From: Planctomycetota bacterium
GTDB lineage: Bacteria > Planctomycetota > Planctomycetia > JALXBF01
Assembly (NCBI GenBank): GCA_026991575.1
Contig: JALXBF010000116.1
Coordinates: 64,495 to 128,494 of the forward strand
Reading direction: 5' to 3'
DNA: 64,000 bases
In this document: piece by piece, positions 62,556-64,000 of the stretch
Numbering within the stretch: position 1 is the stretch's first letter
Layout: every line of letters starts with the position of its first letter
Translations under genes and position numbers: made by a program
Notes under the pieces: generated by a model
Seen by the model: the letters and a program-made list of their open reading frames with translations, nothing else
Database searches by the model: none
What the model was told of the DNA's origin: nothing

Positions 62556-63647
62556 CTAGCTACCCGTGCTACAGCCGGCTGCCGGTAGCGGCGGGGTGCA
62601 CGGCAGCGTCGTCGGACAATGGAACCGCGGCAGCGGCACAGCGGTCGGCACCAGGCGCGGCACGTAGTAGGTGTAGCTGCAAGGGACGCGATCAACGACC
62701 ACCCGCGGCACCCGGTACGAAACGGTGTACGGAATCCGTTCGCTGACCACGCGCGGCACCCGCTCCACGACCTCTTCAGTCACGTACCGACACCGCCGCA
62801 CGGGCACTTTGCGGACCACCGTCTGCGGCACCAGCTTGCAGACGCGGTAGGGCACGCGGCAGACGCGCTCTTCGCGCACCCAACGGCACACCCGCACCGG
62901 AATCTTGCGTGTGGCCGTCTCGGCCACCCAACGATACCGTTTCACCGGGATCTTCACCGTCTCGGTCACGGGCACGTAGCGGACCACACGCCGCGGCGGA
63001 CATTGCACCTGCTCAAACCGCACCCGGCCTGGCACGTAGGTCGGCAGACCGGTACATGGATCAACGGTCCAGCAGCCCGGTTCCCGCACACAGCGCGTAA
63101 CCACCGGCCCCGGCACCTCCTCCACCACAGGCCGGAATCTTGTGCGACACACCTCCCGCTCCACCGTCTCCTCAACTAACCGCCACGTTGTGAACTGCTC
63201 TTCCCGCTCGACCGTCTCCCACACCGGCCGGAGCACGGTGTAACGGTACTCACGCTCCCGCTCCTCCACAACCTGGCGCCAGACGGTCTCCTTGACCTCT
63301 CGCTCGTAGGTTTCCCACACCGGACGCTGCACCAGCCGCTTCTGCTCGACGTACTCGGTGCGGTAAACGGTACGGTAACAGACCCGCTGAATGGTCTGCC
63401 ACTCGGTGCGAAACACGGTGCGATAGAACGTCACGGTGCGAGGCTCCCAGCGGAGGCTTAGCCAGGGCAAGGACGGCTGGGGGCAAGCGGTCGCGGTCGG
63501 CCGCCAGCCAGACAGGCAGCATGTCTGGCGCACGCCACTGGTCCCCTCAAGCATGGTCGTACCGAAGTAGCTGGCTCCGGCGGGCCGAGCCGCCGCGACG
63601 ACCAGCACTCCGGCCAGCAACCCGATCCACATCACTCTCCGCTGCAT
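62556..63647 (-). CDS. Secreted planctomycete YTV-like repeat protein (Val/Arg/Cys/Thr-rich)
   Basis: GGGAGG RBS, signal peptide, YTVLRPVWET motif, 16-residue periodicity. Confidence 0.85.
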   Translation of the reverse strand: MQRRVMWIGLLAGVLVVAAARPAGASYFGTTMLEGTSGVRQTCCLSGWRPTATACPQPSLPWLSLRWEPRTVTFYRTVFRTEWQTIQRVCYRTVYRTEYVEQKRLVQRPVWETYEREVKETVWRQVVEEREREYRYTVLRPVWETVEREEQFTTWRLVEETVEREVCRTRFRPVVEEVPGPVVTRCVREPGCWTVDPCTGLPTYVPGRVRFEQVQCPPRRVVRYVPVTETVKIPVKRYRWVAETATRKIPVRVCRWVREERVCRVPYRVCKLVPQTVVRKVPVRRCRYVTEEVVERVPRVVSERIPYTVSYRVPRVVVDRVPCSYTYYVPRLVPTAVPLPRFHCPTTLPCTPPLPAAGCSTGS

Positions 63648-63907
63648 CGGCCGCAGCCTCCCAAAGAAAAGCCAGAAGTCGCCTCAGAACCGCATTCCGC
63701 TCGATTCTAGCTCGCCGCAATCCCTGCCCCGCCGGCGCCCGCAGTCCAAATTCGACCGGCGAGACCGACCGTAGCTCCTGTGCCGGTTGCGTAAGTGGCG
63801 CGGCCAGGACAGCGCAGGCAAGCTGCTCAGCGGGGGACACCGGTGAGGGCAGCAATAGAATGCAACAGGTCGGCGTCTCAATCCGAACCGGGTTACCGAG
63901 AGCGACC

Positions 63908-64000
63908 ATGGCGCAGGAACCAGATCGGCCAGCGAGCCGCCAAGAGCAGCCTCCAGAGCCCGTCGCCGAAGACACGGTCTCTGCCGCTACGGCGCGTGGC
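63908..64000 (+). CDS. Possible start of a CDS running off the window end
   Basis: MAQEPDRPASRQEQPPEP... stays open to the edge. Confidence 0.3.
   Translation, partial: MAQEPDRPASRQEQPPEPVAEDTVSAATARG

Overview
High-GC chromosomal window from a Planctomycetota bacterium (DUF1549/DUF1553 + DUF1501 pair, DUF1559 prepilin-like gene + lipoprotein, YTV-like repeat protein), probably thermophilic because it encodes a full-length reverse gyrase. Most of it is housekeeping: aminotransferase, YhaO/YhaN DNA-repair pair, citrate synthase, purM, lysC, transaldolase, Prc protease, pstSCAB-phoU, hisS, aroDE-aroK-prepilin peptidase and three tRNAs (Glu-CTC, Leu-CAG, Gln-CTG). I saw no integrase, transposase or CRISPR array. 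Main findings: (1) a small membrane-anchored ORF missing from the ORF track (40959-41153) with an in-frame UGA followed by a SECIS-like hairpin at E. coli fdhF spacing, a candidate unannotated selenoprotein; (2) a circularly permuted PstS; (3) reverse gyrase in a planctomycete; (4) a structured ~300-nt leader behind a near-consensus sigma70 promoter upstream of the DUF1559 gene; (5) an orphan protein with a possible nuclease motif and glycine zipper near tRNA-Glu. All family assignments come from motif recognition by eye; no database search was run.
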